From NCBI GenBank assembly GCA_012521995.1, contig JAAYLH010000088.1:565-64564 (forward strand): a DNA stretch of 64,000 nucleotides, read 5' to 3'. How positions within the stretch are numbered: position 1 is the first letter of the stretch; each line of letters begins with the position of its first letter. Below are positions 54,541-64,000 of this stretch, in pieces. The position numbers and the translations under genes are program-made. The notes below the pieces were generated by a model, which was not told the DNA's origin, did no database searches, and saw only the letters and a program-made list of their open reading frames with translations. This DNA is from Bacteroidales bacterium. GTDB taxonomy: Bacteria > Bacteroidota > Bacteroidia > Bacteroidales > UBA7960.

Positions 54541-56082
54541 ATGTTAAAGTTTATCCATCGGTGGTTCAGCGTGGTGGCAGCATTTTTTATCCTGATGTTC
54601 GCCATCTCAGGCATTGTCCTCAACCATCGCCATTTCTTTTCTCCCGTTTCTGTAGACCGTAACCGGCTGCCCGGGGATTACCGTTTTAACAACTGGAACC
54701 TGGCTGCCATAAAAGGGAGCACGCCCTTATCAACCGACAGCATGCTTGTGTATGGCAATATTGGGGTATGGCTTACCGACAGTGCATTCTCGGGATTTGA
54801 GCCATTTAACGATGGGTTCAGCAAAGGCATCGACAACCGTAAGACCTTTCATGTGTTCCACTCCCCTGCCGGCAACACCTATGCAGGCACCTTGTCGGGC
54901 TTGTATTACCTTGAGGAACAGCAGTGGATACCTTTAGCATTACCAGTAAAAGAGAAACAGGTTAGAGCCATAGAAATGCGAGGCGACAGCCTTTTAGTGC
55001 TCACCCGCTCAAGCCTTATCCTGGGCGCAGACAACCCTGCCCTGCCCGCCTTCACTGAACACCGCCTGCCCCACCCCAAAGGCTATGCAGGCCGCACCTC
55101 TGTTTTCCGGGCCCTGTGGGTGCTTCATTCAGGCGAGATCTTTGGCTTTGCAGGCAAGATCATTGTCGATTTCATGGGGCTGGTGATGATCTTCCTTACC
55201 CTTACGGGGATCATATGGTTTATTGCCCCTGACGTAATGAAATCGCTGAAAACGCGCCTGAAAGCCCGTAAAAATTTCGGAAGGCTCAACCGCTTTTCCA
55301 GGAAGTGGCATAACCTCATAGGCATCACCATGGTGTTTTTCCTGGCCATAAACACCATTGCAGGTTCTTTTCTGCGTCCGCCATTGCTCATCGCCATTGC
55401 CAAAAACGATATTGCCAACATCAAGGGAACCATCCTTGACCACGTAAACCCCTGGTACGACAAGCTTCGCGACATCCGTTATGATGGGGCCAGCGACCGC
55501 TTCCTGTTGTCCTCTTCCGATGGCTTTTTTGCCGTTTCCCCTGCCCTGGCCGACTCCCTTGAGCCCATCGGCAATCAGCCTCCGGTCAGCGTTATGGGCA
55601 TCAATGTATTTGAGCCCCAAGGGGAAGGTCAATTCATTATAGGTTCCTTTAGCGGGATCTTTAACTGGGACCCATCGCATGAGATCATTACCGACATGAT
55701 CACAGGCCTGCCGCCCGAAGCAGGCAAGCCTTTGTCCAGTCCTTTCGGTAGTCTCCCTGTTGCGGGCTACATTTCGACTCCAAACGGCAAAGAATTTATT
55801 TTCGATTACGATGCAGGGGTATTTTCCAAATCCCAGGGAATGCAGTTTCCCGAAATGCCTGAAAGCGTCAAGCGAGAGACCCCTTTCCCTCTTTGGAACC
55901 TAGCTCTTGAGGTTCATACAGGAAGAATTTATTCCACTATCTTTGGGAAGTTTTATATCTTATTTATCCCCCTAGCGGGAATCATGGTGCTCAGCATCCT
56001 GCTGTCAGGCATGGTACTGTGGATCAGGGACTACCGCCGCAAGAAAAGGATCAGGAAACACTGTCAACCCCCTTCAGTATGA
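54541..56082 (+). CDS. PepSY-associated TM helix domain protein
   Basis: 513 aa. N-terminus IHRWFSVVAAFFILMFAISGIVLNHRH, internal LHSGEIFG and KWHNLIG, and C-terminal EVHTGRIY, typical of PepSY_TM proteins. Confidence 0.7.
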   Translation: MLKFIHRWFSVVAAFFILMFAISGIVLNHRHFFSPVSVDRNRLPGDYRFNNWNLAAIKGSTPLSTDSMLVYGNIGVWLTDSAFSGFEPFNDGFSKGIDNRKTFHVFHSPAGNTYAGTLSGLYYLEEQQWIPLALPVKEKQVRAIEMRGDSLLVLTRSSLILGADNPALPAFTEHRLPHPKGYAGRTSVFRALWVLHSGEIFGFAGKIIVDFMGLVMIFLTLTGIIWFIAPDVMKSLKTRLKARKNFGRLNRFSRKWHNLIGITMVFFLAINTIAGSFLRPPLLIAIAKNDIANIKGTILDHVNPWYDKLRDIRYDGASDRFLLSSSDGFFAVSPALADSLEPIGNQPPVSVMGINVFEPQGEGQFIIGSFSGIFNWDPSHEIITDMITGLPPEAGKPLSSPFGSLPVAGYISTPNGKEFIFDYDAGVFSKSQGMQFPEMPESVKRETPFPLWNLALEVHTGRIYSTIFGKFYILFIPLAGIMVLSILLSGMVLWIRDYRRKKRIRKHCQPPSV

Positions 56083-56390
56083 TCAAAAAAGCCACACCGG
56101 CAACAGCCCCAAAAGTAACAGCATCGGTCGAAGGCCGCATTATGTATAGTGAGCCGCGCACTGAGGTTATTTTGCTAAATATACAGCCGGGAGAGGAAAT
56201 CCCCTTGCACAAGAATCCCTTTGATGTCCTGTTTGCAGGCATTGAAGGCAAGGCCAAACTTCTAACCCCTGCCACAACTGAAACCATTGAAGCAGGGGAA
56301 ACCATTTTTGTGACAGCCGAAGAAGAAAGGGCCTGGAGCAACACCGAAAGCACTCCCGCAAAAGTATTGGTGATCAAGATATTATTATAA
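56079..56390 (+). CDS. cupin domain protein (second)
   Basis: The internal ATG forms an ATGA overlap with the upstream stop (56079-56082). PGEEIPLHKNPFDVLFAGIEGKAKL...GETIFV cupin-like. Confidence 0.6.
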   Translation: MIKKATPATAPKVTASVEGRIMYSEPRTEVILLNIQPGEEIPLHKNPFDVLFAGIEGKAKLLTPATTETIEAGETIFVTAEEERAWSNTESTPAKVLVIKILL

Positions 56391-56499
56391 GGAGCATAAG
56401 AGCCCTGCGGGAAACCCTGAAAATAAATTGCTTGATTCATTTGGGTTTAGCGGTTCTTTTTTCAAATATTTATGCCTCGAATTCAATGCCCTGTACACC

Positions 56500-58389
56500 A
56501 TGAAACAAAACTTTACCCGCACGCTTTCGCTTTTCGCTTTATATTTTGGTTTTTCGCTGACATCCAGTGCTCAGCAGGCTGATTCACTAAAAAACATTGA
56601 GGCTTTTGCCGATGGTGTTTTCGAGACTGTCATGGCCGAAAAACACATCGCAGGAGCCACCTTTGCCCTTGTCAGACCTGGCCAGCCCATGATCAAAAAA
56701 GGTTATGGATTTGCCCGTGTTGATGAAGGCATATCCGTAAATCCCGAAGAAACCCTCTTCCGTATTGGCTCCATCAGCAAGCTCTTTGTCTGGTTTGGGG
56801 TCATGCAAATGGTCGAACAGGGAAAGCTGGAACTGGACCGCGATGTAAACGAATACCTTGTTGATTTCAAGATCCCCGACGAATACGATCGTCCCGTCAC
56901 CCTGCGCAGCCTGATGACCCATACGGCAGGGTTTGAAGACAAGCTGTATAAGCTCTTTGTTCGCGATCCTGAGGAAATGCAGCCCCTTGCTCAGGTCCTT
57001 GAGGAGCAAATGCCCCGGAGGGTAAGGCCGCCCCTGGCGCAGGCTTCCTATTCCAATCATGGAGCAGGCATTGCCCAATACCTGGTCGAGCTGGCAAGCG
57101 GGATGCCTTTTGTGGAGTACGCCGAGCAAAATATATTCGACCCCCTGGGCATGCAAAACACCACCATACGCCAGCCCCTGCCCGCCAGGTTTACAGCCAC
57201 CATATCGGGCGGATATGCCTTCAAAGATGGCAGATTTGTTGAGAAACCCTTCGAGCTGATTCCCCTGCAAAGCGTGGGCGGCGCCTCCACCACGGCCCAC
57301 GATATGGGTTTGTTTATGGAAGCCCTGCTTCACAACACCTGCCTCAACGGCCAGTGCCTGCTCGACTCGGCAAGCTGGGAATTGATGCGCAAGCCCGCTT
57401 TCTCACACCACCCTGACGTAAACCCTGCCCCACTGGGCATCATGAATATCAGCGGAAACGGAAGGACCATTTTTGGCCATGGAGGCAACACCTTTCTGTT
57501 CCATTCAATGCTAGCCATTTTCCCCGATGAGCAAACCGGCATTTTTTACTCATTTAACAGCGAAGGCGGCGCGGCACCCTCTTCCACAGTGCTCCAACAC
57601 CTGATCGATTATTTATTTCCTGACGAAAGGCCCCTGGCCGCAACCGTCACCTTGGGTGATGAAGCCCTGGAGGATTTTGCAGGCACCTACAGGATGAACC
57701 GTTACTCCCATTCCGGGTTTTTCAAAGTGCTTTCTTTAATGTCCATGGCCACCATTACTGCTGAGGACGGAAAACTTAAGATAAACGCAATGGGTGAAAC
57801 CAACTGGGCCTTGCCCGTCGACAGCCTGAAATTCAGGGATGAGCGGAGCAATGAGATCATTGTATTCTCGCGCGACGAAAAAGGAAGAATTAAGAGTCTT
57901 TTCATGGGGCAAAAGGCCTTCTTTGCCCTGGAAAAGAACAGGGGTTTATGGAATCCTGGCCTGCACACAATCCTGCTGGTGCTGTTACTGCTCGTGATGG
58001 GCTATATCCTGATTATCTGGCCCTGGATGTATTTCGTGCGCAGGAAATATGTCCGTGCGGACCGCGCCCCCGAGACCTTGCCCTTGCTGAGTAAGGTCAT
58101 TGCATGGGCTACTGCCGCTTGCTACGCAATATTCTTTATTGCACTGGCGGCAGGCCTCCCTCCGGGCAATGATATCGTATTTGGGATTACCCCCGCCATC
58201 AGATTCGGTCTGTTCTTCCCCCTGCTGGCCATCGTATTTACATTGCTTATGGTTTGGCAAAGCATTCGCCTGGTGGATGAAAACAAAACCCGGATACGCA
58301 GCAGAATGTTTTACTGGTTTTCAACCCTTATTTTCATCGTGGCAATATGGCAGTTTGCCTTCTGGAACCTGCTGGGATGGAATTTTTAA
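56500..58389 (+). CDS. serine hydrolase of the beta-lactamase/transpeptidase-like family with a C-terminal polytopic membrane domain
   Basis: Start at MKQNFTRTLSLFAL (signal). S-x-x-K motif FRIGSISKLF and YSNHG. The last ~150 aa contain 4 hydrophobic helices. Confidence 0.8.
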   Translation: MKQNFTRTLSLFALYFGFSLTSSAQQADSLKNIEAFADGVFETVMAEKHIAGATFALVRPGQPMIKKGYGFARVDEGISVNPEETLFRIGSISKLFVWFGVMQMVEQGKLELDRDVNEYLVDFKIPDEYDRPVTLRSLMTHTAGFEDKLYKLFVRDPEEMQPLAQVLEEQMPRRVRPPLAQASYSNHGAGIAQYLVELASGMPFVEYAEQNIFDPLGMQNTTIRQPLPARFTATISGGYAFKDGRFVEKPFELIPLQSVGGASTTAHDMGLFMEALLHNTCLNGQCLLDSASWELMRKPAFSHHPDVNPAPLGIMNISGNGRTIFGHGGNTFLFHSMLAIFPDEQTGIFYSFNSEGGAAPSSTVLQHLIDYLFPDERPLAATVTLGDEALEDFAGTYRMNRYSHSGFFKVLSLMSMATITAEDGKLKINAMGETNWALPVDSLKFRDERSNEIIVFSRDEKGRIKSLFMGQKAFFALEKNRGLWNPGLHTILLVLLLLVMGYILIIWPWMYFVRRKYVRADRAPETLPLLSKVIAWATAACYAIFFIALAAGLPPGNDIVFGITPAIRFGLFFPLLAIVFTLLMVWQSIRLVDENKTRIRSRMFYWFSTLIFIVAIWQFAFWNLLGWNF

Positions 58390-58552
58390 AAAAACGCCAA
58401 AACCAGCTGCCAGCCAACCAAGGGCAATAATTTTCCCCTGACAACCCCCAATTCCCCCATAATCGGGCAAAACCTGCCTTTTGGAAGAGTTTGGCCATTA
58501 CAAGGGATTTTATATTTTTGCAGGAAATTTTAAATTCCTCACCACCCCTTCT

Positions 58553-61033
58553 ATGTTTGTCAAGCCCAATATGCCAAAAGTTTTCCCGACCCTCATCCTG
58601 CTCCTGTTTCTGTCTCCTGCCCTGCAAGCCACGCAGGGCAATAAAACCATCCAGGCGGTGAGGGTTGAAACAGCCCCGCAGCTCGACGGAAGGCTTTCCG
58701 ATCCGCTCTGGCAACAAGCCCCGCCTGCCAGTGGGTTTATGCAGTATGAGCCCCACAACGACAGGCCGGCCTCCTTTGAATCGGAAGTCAGGGTGCTTTT
58801 CAACGACCAATCCGTGTTTATAGGAGCATTGCTCTATGATCCCAACCCCGACAGCATACTGACGGAACTGGGCCTGCGCGACGCCAACGACAAGCTTAAC
58901 GCCGACCAGTTTTACGTTGACATAAACCCCTTCAATGACGGCATTTACGGTTTCCGCTTCAAAGTCTCTGCTTCAGGCGTGGAAACCGACATCAATATGT
59001 CGGGCAGCGGCGGCGACCGGGGCGACCTGAACTGGGATGCCGTTTGGCGAAGCCAGGTAAGCATCACCGACAAGGGATGGATCGTGGAAATGGAAATTCC
59101 CTACGCTGCCCTGCGTTTCCCCAAGAGGAACGTGGAAGACTGGGGGATCAACTTCTGGCGCGAGGTAAGACGCACCCGTGAATCCTCAAGCTGGAACTTT
59201 GTCGACCGCAGGATTGGCAACGCCATGGGTTCCATGGGCCTGCTCAGGGGGATGGAAGACATCAATCCCCCCTTGCGCCTGGCATTTTTTCCTTATGTGG
59301 TGGGCTATATGGAAAAAAACGGGGGAGAACAAGGTTGGGGCAACACCTTCAATGGAGGCATGGACGTAAAACTGGGCCTGAGTGAAAGCTTTACCCTCGA
59401 CATGACCCTGGTGCCCGACTTCGGGCAGGTGCATTCCGATGCCCGGGTCCTAAACCTCTCCCCTTACGAGGTGCAATATGATGAGAAAAGGCAGTTCTTC
59501 ACAGAAGGCACTGAGCTGTTCAGCAAAGCCGAGCTGTTCTATTCCCGCCGGATCGGAGCGCAGCCCAAGGGCTACCGGGATGTGAGCAGCCAACTGGATG
59601 AAAATGAAATCGTCAAAGAGAATCCGCAGGAGACCCGCCTGATCAACGCCACCAAATTTTCGGGCCGTACCTCCGGAGGGCTTGGTATCGGCATTTTCAA
59701 CGCCATGACCGCCCCCAGCCACGCCATCCTGCGGGATACCCTCACCGGCGAAACCCGAAATGTTACCACCCAGCCCTTCACCAATTACAACCTGGTGGTC
59801 CTCGATCAAAGCCTGCCCAACAACTCTTATGTGAGCCTGGTCAACACCAATGTTTCAGGGGCCATACAGGGGTATATGGCCAATGTTACAGGTACCGACT
59901 TCCGCCTGCTCGACCGCAGCAATATGTTCCGCATCAGCGGGAAGGGAGCCATAAGCCAGCAATATTTTGAAACCCTGGATGACAACTTCGGATACAAGTA
60001 CGATCTCAGCCTGGGAAAATACGGCGGCACCTGGCAATACAGCTACGGGCGATCGGTCATCAGCGATACTTATGAACAAAACGACCTGGGTTACCTCCGG
60101 AGGAACAACGAAGTGGAGGACGAACTCTCACTGAGCTACAATGTCTTCAAACCTTTCTGGCGAATCCTGAACTATTCAACGGGATTCAGCATGGAATACG
60201 CGCGCCTGTTCAACCCAAACACTTTCACGGGCCTGGATATTGACTACAGCCTCAGGGTTTTGTTCGACACCAGGTTTTTCATCAACCTTGGCGCTTCCTA
60301 TGAGCCCAAAGGCCAACGCGACTATTTCGAACCACGCGTCCCCGGCAGGTTTTATGAAACCGGCGAAGCCTGGCGCTTTGACCTGATGTTCTCGACCGAC
60401 TACCGCAAAAGAGTATACCTTGACGGGAACATAGAATACAATAAAGTCAGTTCATATTACGATCAGCAGTCTTTCTCCTTTTACCTCAACCCCACCTTCC
60501 GCGCAAGCGACCGGTTAAATCTGTCGTACGGCCTGAACTTCGGTGAAAACCATAACGACCTGGGTTATGTTGACCACTGGAGCCCCGACTCGATCTTTTT
60601 CGGCCTCAGGCAAAGCCCTACCACCATCAATACCCTGAAGGCAACCTATATTTTCAACAATCGACTGTCGCTCGATTTCGACCTGCGCCATTACTGGTCG
60701 AGGGTGTTTTACGACGGCGATTATTTCCTGCTTAATGAAAACGGCCGTCTGGAGCTCTGGGCTGAAGACCTGCAAATCAACGATATCAACTATAACGCTT
60801 TCACAATCGACACAAAACTCACCTGGAACTTCGCCCCGGGGAGTCAACTCTCACTGGTGTGGAAAAACATCATCGACACCCAGGGAAGCCAGGTGTCGCA
60901 CAACTTCCTCGAAAATCTGGAGCGCACCCTCAACGAACCACAGGTCAACAGCTTCTCGCTCAAGATCCTGTATTATATCGATTACCCAATGATCAAACGA
61001 ACAGCCGGGAAAGTTTTTTCGAAACATTCCTGA
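58553..61033 (+). CDS. CBM9-like / DUF5916 domain outer-membrane-associated protein
   Basis: Start at 58553 or 58571 (MPKVFPTLILLLFLSPALQA). VETAPQLDGRLSDPLWQ...F.Q.EP...PA...EV.VL.ND..VFIGA resembles carbohydrate-binding family 9 plus the DUF5916 beta-rich C-terminus. Confidence 0.65.
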   Translation: MFVKPNMPKVFPTLILLLFLSPALQATQGNKTIQAVRVETAPQLDGRLSDPLWQQAPPASGFMQYEPHNDRPASFESEVRVLFNDQSVFIGALLYDPNPDSILTELGLRDANDKLNADQFYVDINPFNDGIYGFRFKVSASGVETDINMSGSGGDRGDLNWDAVWRSQVSITDKGWIVEMEIPYAALRFPKRNVEDWGINFWREVRRTRESSSWNFVDRRIGNAMGSMGLLRGMEDINPPLRLAFFPYVVGYMEKNGGEQGWGNTFNGGMDVKLGLSESFTLDMTLVPDFGQVHSDARVLNLSPYEVQYDEKRQFFTEGTELFSKAELFYSRRIGAQPKGYRDVSSQLDENEIVKENPQETRLINATKFSGRTSGGLGIGIFNAMTAPSHAILRDTLTGETRNVTTQPFTNYNLVVLDQSLPNNSYVSLVNTNVSGAIQGYMANVTGTDFRLLDRSNMFRISGKGAISQQYFETLDDNFGYKYDLSLGKYGGTWQYSYGRSVISDTYEQNDLGYLRRNNEVEDELSLSYNVFKPFWRILNYSTGFSMEYARLFNPNTFTGLDIDYSLRVLFDTRFFINLGASYEPKGQRDYFEPRVPGRFYETGEAWRFDLMFSTDYRKRVYLDGNIEYNKVSSYYDQQSFSFYLNPTFRASDRLNLSYGLNFGENHNDLGYVDHWSPDSIFFGLRQSPTTINTLKATYIFNNRLSLDFDLRHYWSRVFYDGDYFLLNENGRLELWAEDLQINDINYNAFTIDTKLTWNFAPGSQLSLVWKNIIDTQGSQVSHNFLENLERTLNEPQVNSFSLKILYYIDYPMIKRTAGKVFSKHS

Positions 61034-61075
61034 TGGGAAATTGTTAATATTGCAACATCCTAAAAGCCAATACTT

Positions 61076-62719
61076 ATGAGAATCAAAACCTGTTTGCTGA
61101 CCCTTATCGCCATGAGCCTGTTGTTTTCGTGCCAAAGCCCCAAACCCGCTGACCTGATTGTACACAACGCCACCATTTATACCGTTGACAACCGTTTCGG
61201 ACAGGTACAGGCCATGGCCATAAAAGGCGGGAAGATCATAGAGACAGGCTCAGGCGAAGAAATTCTGAAGAAATACCGGTCTGATGAAGTGATTGACCTT
61301 GACGGTGCTTATGTTTACCCCGGGCTTATCGACCCCCATTGTCATTTCTTTGGATATGGCCGCTCGCTCGAAAATGCTGACCTGATGGGCGTAAGCTCTT
61401 TTGAGGAGATCCTGGATATACTGACAAGCCACCGCGAGAAATTTCCCTCCGAATGGCTTCTGGGCAGAGGCTGGGATCAGAACTTATGGCCCGAGAAGGC
61501 GTTTCCGCACCGTAGCCAACTTGATGCCCTGTTTCCCGATGTGCCTGTGCTGCTTACCCGCGTGGATGGCCACGCTGCCATTGCCAACACCGAGGCCCTG
61601 CAACGGGCAGGAGTCACTGCTGCCACCCGCGTGGAGGGCGGTGAAGTCCTGCTCCATAATGGTGAACCCACGGGCATCCTGATCGACAATGCCATCGGCC
61701 TTGTGCGCCGCATGATTCCCCAAGCGGACAATCAGGCGGGGATCAACGCCCTGCTCAACGCCCAGGCCAACACCTTTGCCGTGGGCCTTACAAGCGTTAG
61801 CGACGCAGGCCTTGACAGCAGCGACATCCGGCTTATCGACTCCCTGCAGCAGGCAGGCGACCTGAAGATCAGGGTCTACGCCATGCTCAGCCCTACCGAA
61901 GAGAATTTTGAGACCTATCTGTACAAGGGCCCCTACAAAACCGATCACCTCAACATCCGCTCAGTGAAGCTATTTGCCGATGGCGCCCTGGGCTCGCGCG
62001 GGGCAAAACTGATCGCCCCCTATTCTGACGAACCCGCCAATAGCGGGCTGCTGGTCGAAACCCCCGAATATCTTGCCGAGATAGCCCAAAAAGCTTTCGA
62101 TAACGGCTTCCAAATCAACACCCACGCCATTGGTGATTCGGCAAACCGCTTGATGCTCACCATTTACGCTGACATCCTGAAGGAAAAGAACGACCTGCGC
62201 TGGCGCATCGAACACGCCCAGATCATCCATCCCGATGACTTTGAGCTGTTCGGGCAATACAGCATCATCCCCTCCATCCAGACCACCCACGCCACCAGCG
62301 ATATGATCTGGGCATTAGACCGCATAGGGGCCGAACGCCTGAAGGGAGCCTATGCCTACCAACAACTGTTGCAGCAAAACGGATGGCTGCCCAACGGCAG
62401 CGACTTCCCGGTTGAGCACATCAATCCGCTCTATGGCTTTTATGCAGCCTTTGCCCGTAAGAACCGCAACGGCCATCCCGAGGGCGGATTCCAGACGGAG
62501 AACGCCCTGACCCGTGAGCAGGCCATGCGTGGCATGACCATCTGGGCTGCCAGGGCACAATTCGAGGAAAATGAAAAAGGCAGCCTGGAGCCCGGCAAAT
62601 TCGCCGACTTCATCGTGGTGGAAAAGGACCTGATGACCATGCCCGCAGAAGAGATCCTTACCCTGCCCATAAAATTCACCTTTGTGAATGGTGAGCAGGT
62701 GTATGCTTCAACCAAATAA
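61076..62719 (+). CDS. amidohydrolase family (Amidohydro_3, YtcJ-like) lipoprotein
   Basis: 547 aa. Lipobox LLFSCQSP, metal-binding PGLIDPHCHF, NTHAIGD, RIEHAQ and GSDFPVE. Confidence 0.85.
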   Translation: MRIKTCLLTLIAMSLLFSCQSPKPADLIVHNATIYTVDNRFGQVQAMAIKGGKIIETGSGEEILKKYRSDEVIDLDGAYVYPGLIDPHCHFFGYGRSLENADLMGVSSFEEILDILTSHREKFPSEWLLGRGWDQNLWPEKAFPHRSQLDALFPDVPVLLTRVDGHAAIANTEALQRAGVTAATRVEGGEVLLHNGEPTGILIDNAIGLVRRMIPQADNQAGINALLNAQANTFAVGLTSVSDAGLDSSDIRLIDSLQQAGDLKIRVYAMLSPTEENFETYLYKGPYKTDHLNIRSVKLFADGALGSRGAKLIAPYSDEPANSGLLVETPEYLAEIAQKAFDNGFQINTHAIGDSANRLMLTIYADILKEKNDLRWRIEHAQIIHPDDFELFGQYSIIPSIQTTHATSDMIWALDRIGAERLKGAYAYQQLLQQNGWLPNGSDFPVEHINPLYGFYAAFARKNRNGHPEGGFQTENALTREQAMRGMTIWAARAQFEENEKGSLEPGKFADFIVVEKDLMTMPAEEILTLPIKFTFVNGEQVYASTK

Positions 62720-62756
62720 AGAGATTTTTTCCGCCTATCAGAAATGAGATTTTTTG

Positions 62757-62793
62757 CAGGAGCCGGGTAGTACCGACTCCTGTATTTTTTTTT
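62757..62793 (+). terminator. rho-independent terminator of the amidohydrolase gene
   Basis: CAGGAGCCGG-gtagta-CCGACTCCTG (one mismatch) followed by TA and T9. Confidence 0.65.
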
Positions 62794-62873
62794 GCCGGAG
62801 GAACGGTCATTCCGGCAAGGCGCTTTTCATTTTCACAGAGAAGAGGGCCGTACCATCCTCCTACCATGGTCGT

Positions 62874-62907
62874 GGTTTAGGCGGTTTAAACCGCCTAAAC
62901 CCTAAAC
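62874..62907. repeat. 28-bp perfect palindrome with CGGTTTAAACCG core plus an extra CCTAAAC direct repeat
   Basis: GGTTTAGGCGGTTT|AAACCGCCTAAACC (62874-62901) followed by CTAAAC. It shares its 12-bp core with the palindrome at 23011-23060. Confidence 0.9.
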
Positions 62908-63006
62908 TTACCCGGAGACAGGTGGCACTCTGTCCCCTGAACAGGCCCCCGATATTCCAGAAAAGAAATCAAAAAGGATCAACGGAATCGGCTATCTGCG
63001 CCCCTC

Positions 63007-63669
63007 CTACTCCTCCACATAAGGCTTGAGGATTTCTGCCCATTTAACATATCCTGCGCCCAGGAGGTGCAGGCCGTCGTTGGTGTAGAGAGTGTCGAGC
63101 TTGCCTTCGGCATTCTGGAAGCGGGGATAAAGATCGATGAATGTCAGGCCGTATTCAATGGCCAGTTGTGCGATGCCTGCATTCACGGCGCGAACCTTGT
63201 CGTCCTTGTTCTGGTGGCCCGAAAAGCGTGTGAAATTGTTGTTGGTTGGAAAGAGACTCTGCACGTAAATGGAAGTGGCAGGAGAATCCTTGATGATCCG
63301 AAGGATGATCTTCCGGTAGTTGTCGAGGATTATTTCCGGCGGGGTGTTAAGGCTGATGTCGTTGATGCCAATGAGAATAAATATCTTGGCGGGCTTTGAT
63401 GAAAGCACCTCATCCATACGAGCCAGGACTCCAAAGGTGTTGTCGCCCGAGATGCCGCGGTTTTTTATGCGGGGACTGCCCAGGAGTTCTTCCCAGGCGC
63501 CGCCATTGGTGATGCTGTTGCCCAGCATGATGATCTCAGCTTCCGTATCGGGGAGCTGCTCAAACATCGATTGGCGCTGCTCGTAGAATGTGCTGCGGTA
63601 TGTGGAATCTACTTGTGCCGACACTGAAAGGGCACAAAAAGCCAGAAGAAAAGCAATGGCAGATCTCAT
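63007..63669 (-). CDS. SGNH/GDSL hydrolase family protein (secreted)
   Basis: Internal ATG at 63669 gives MRSAIAFLLAFCALSVSAQ (signal). Block I IIMLGNSITNGG, and GINDI, DGLHL. The track start at 63945 adds 92 aa with no signal-like sequence. Confidence 0.8.
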   Translation of the reverse strand: MRSAIAFLLAFCALSVSAQVDSTYRSTFYEQRQSMFEQLPDTEAEIIMLGNSITNGGAWEELLGSPRIKNRGISGDNTFGVLARMDEVLSSKPAKIFILIGINDISLNTPPEIILDNYRKIILRIIKDSPATSIYVQSLFPTNNNFTRFSGHQNKDDKVRAVNAGIAQLAIEYGLTFIDLYPRFQNAEGKLDTLYTNDGLHLLGAGYVKWAEILKPYVEE

Positions 63670-63910
63670 AAGGATTTTTTTTTTCAAATTTCCGCAAAAT
63701 TCAGGATAATTTCGGGGAAAGCATGGACCAAAAATGTAAAAAACTTGCAAGTTATCAACAATGGTCGGCTCATATGTCCAATTTGATAACTTTACACAAT
63801 AATTTTGATCACTGATGACATTATCCATAAAAAGACCGGTATTTAGGTCTCCCATTTTGTTGCGATTATTTTTATTTGCCATAATACTGGCAATAAACAC
63901 CCCCAGCGTC

Positions 63911-64000
63911 ATGAGCCAGCCTGCCAATGAAACCCTGAAAACCATTCACGATCGGACCAGCATACGCAGCTATACGGAGGAAGCGGTCCCGGCATCCATG
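63911..64000 (+). CDS. nitroreductase-family-like protein, N-terminal fragment (continues beyond window)
   Basis: MSQPANETLKTIHDRTSIRSYTEEAVPASM... The R.SIR.Y motif is typical of nitroreductase N-termini. Only 30 codons are visible. Confidence 0.45.
   Translation, partial: MSQPANETLKTIHDRTSIRSYTEEAVPASM

Noticed and set aside
63665-63674. Homopolymer tracts as phase-variation switches: T10 at 63665-63674, just upstream of the SGNH hydrolase ATG, and T9 at 62785-62793.
   Set aside because: The T9 tract is the U-tract of a terminator hairpin. The T10 tract is A10 in the mRNA leader, which fits the A-rich, Shine-Dalgarno-less leaders common in Bacteroidota. Neither lies inside a reading frame.
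1-64000. A search for defence systems, prophage, integrative elements, toxin-antitoxin pairs, retrons, DGRs and CRISPR.
   Set aside because: No nuclease, helicase, reverse transcriptase, integrase or Cas-like motif, and no repeat-spacer architecture, was recognised on either strand. The accessory-looking content is metabolic or regulatory rather than mobile or defensive.

Overview
This 64-kb window looks like chromosome from a Bacteroidota (Bacteroidales-like) anaerobe. That placement is an inference from lipoprotein-type signal peptides (e.g. LFFLSCGKD, LVFSCQKD), TAnnTTTG-type -7 promoter boxes, and DUF2851, DUF4382 and PorT-like families. I count about 55 protein genes, 3 tRNAs (Cys-GCA, Gln-CTG, Thr-CGT) and one 6S-like RNA candidate. 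I saw no rRNA, CRISPR array, transposase, integrase or phage genes. Housekeeping genes include aroK, wecB, rny, zapA, trxB, folB, glnS, tag and ferritin. Much of the rest concerns redox or nitrogen metabolism. (1) An NADP-type and an NAD-type glutamate dehydrogenase gene bracket two translationally coupled giant paralogues (1193 and 992 aa). Each combines receiver domains with a PPDK_N/PEP-synthase ATP-grasp domain, and neither has a PEP/pyruvate TIM-barrel domain. (2) A NuoE-like, NuoF-like and [2Fe-2S + GltD-like + degenerate molybdopterin-oxidoreductase-like] operon is followed by a rubrerythrin-like gene; I read it as a Bfu/Stn-type NAD(P)H/ferredoxin enzyme, not a formate dehydrogenase. 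(3) An Rrf2-regulated hcp (hybrid cluster protein) cluster carries unusual passenger genes. (4) Other redox genes are two TlpA-type redoxins, OsmC co-directional with two tandem orphan HisKA_2 histidine kinases, and trxB. Non-coding observations are a family of GTTTAAAC-centred palindromes and 11-bp repeat arrays at three intergenic sites, and a 6S-like rod-shaped RNA downstream of zapA. The most novel candidate is the receiver plus ATP-grasp pair at 6900-13456. All functional calls rest on motifs read by eye and remembered family signatures; no database search was run.
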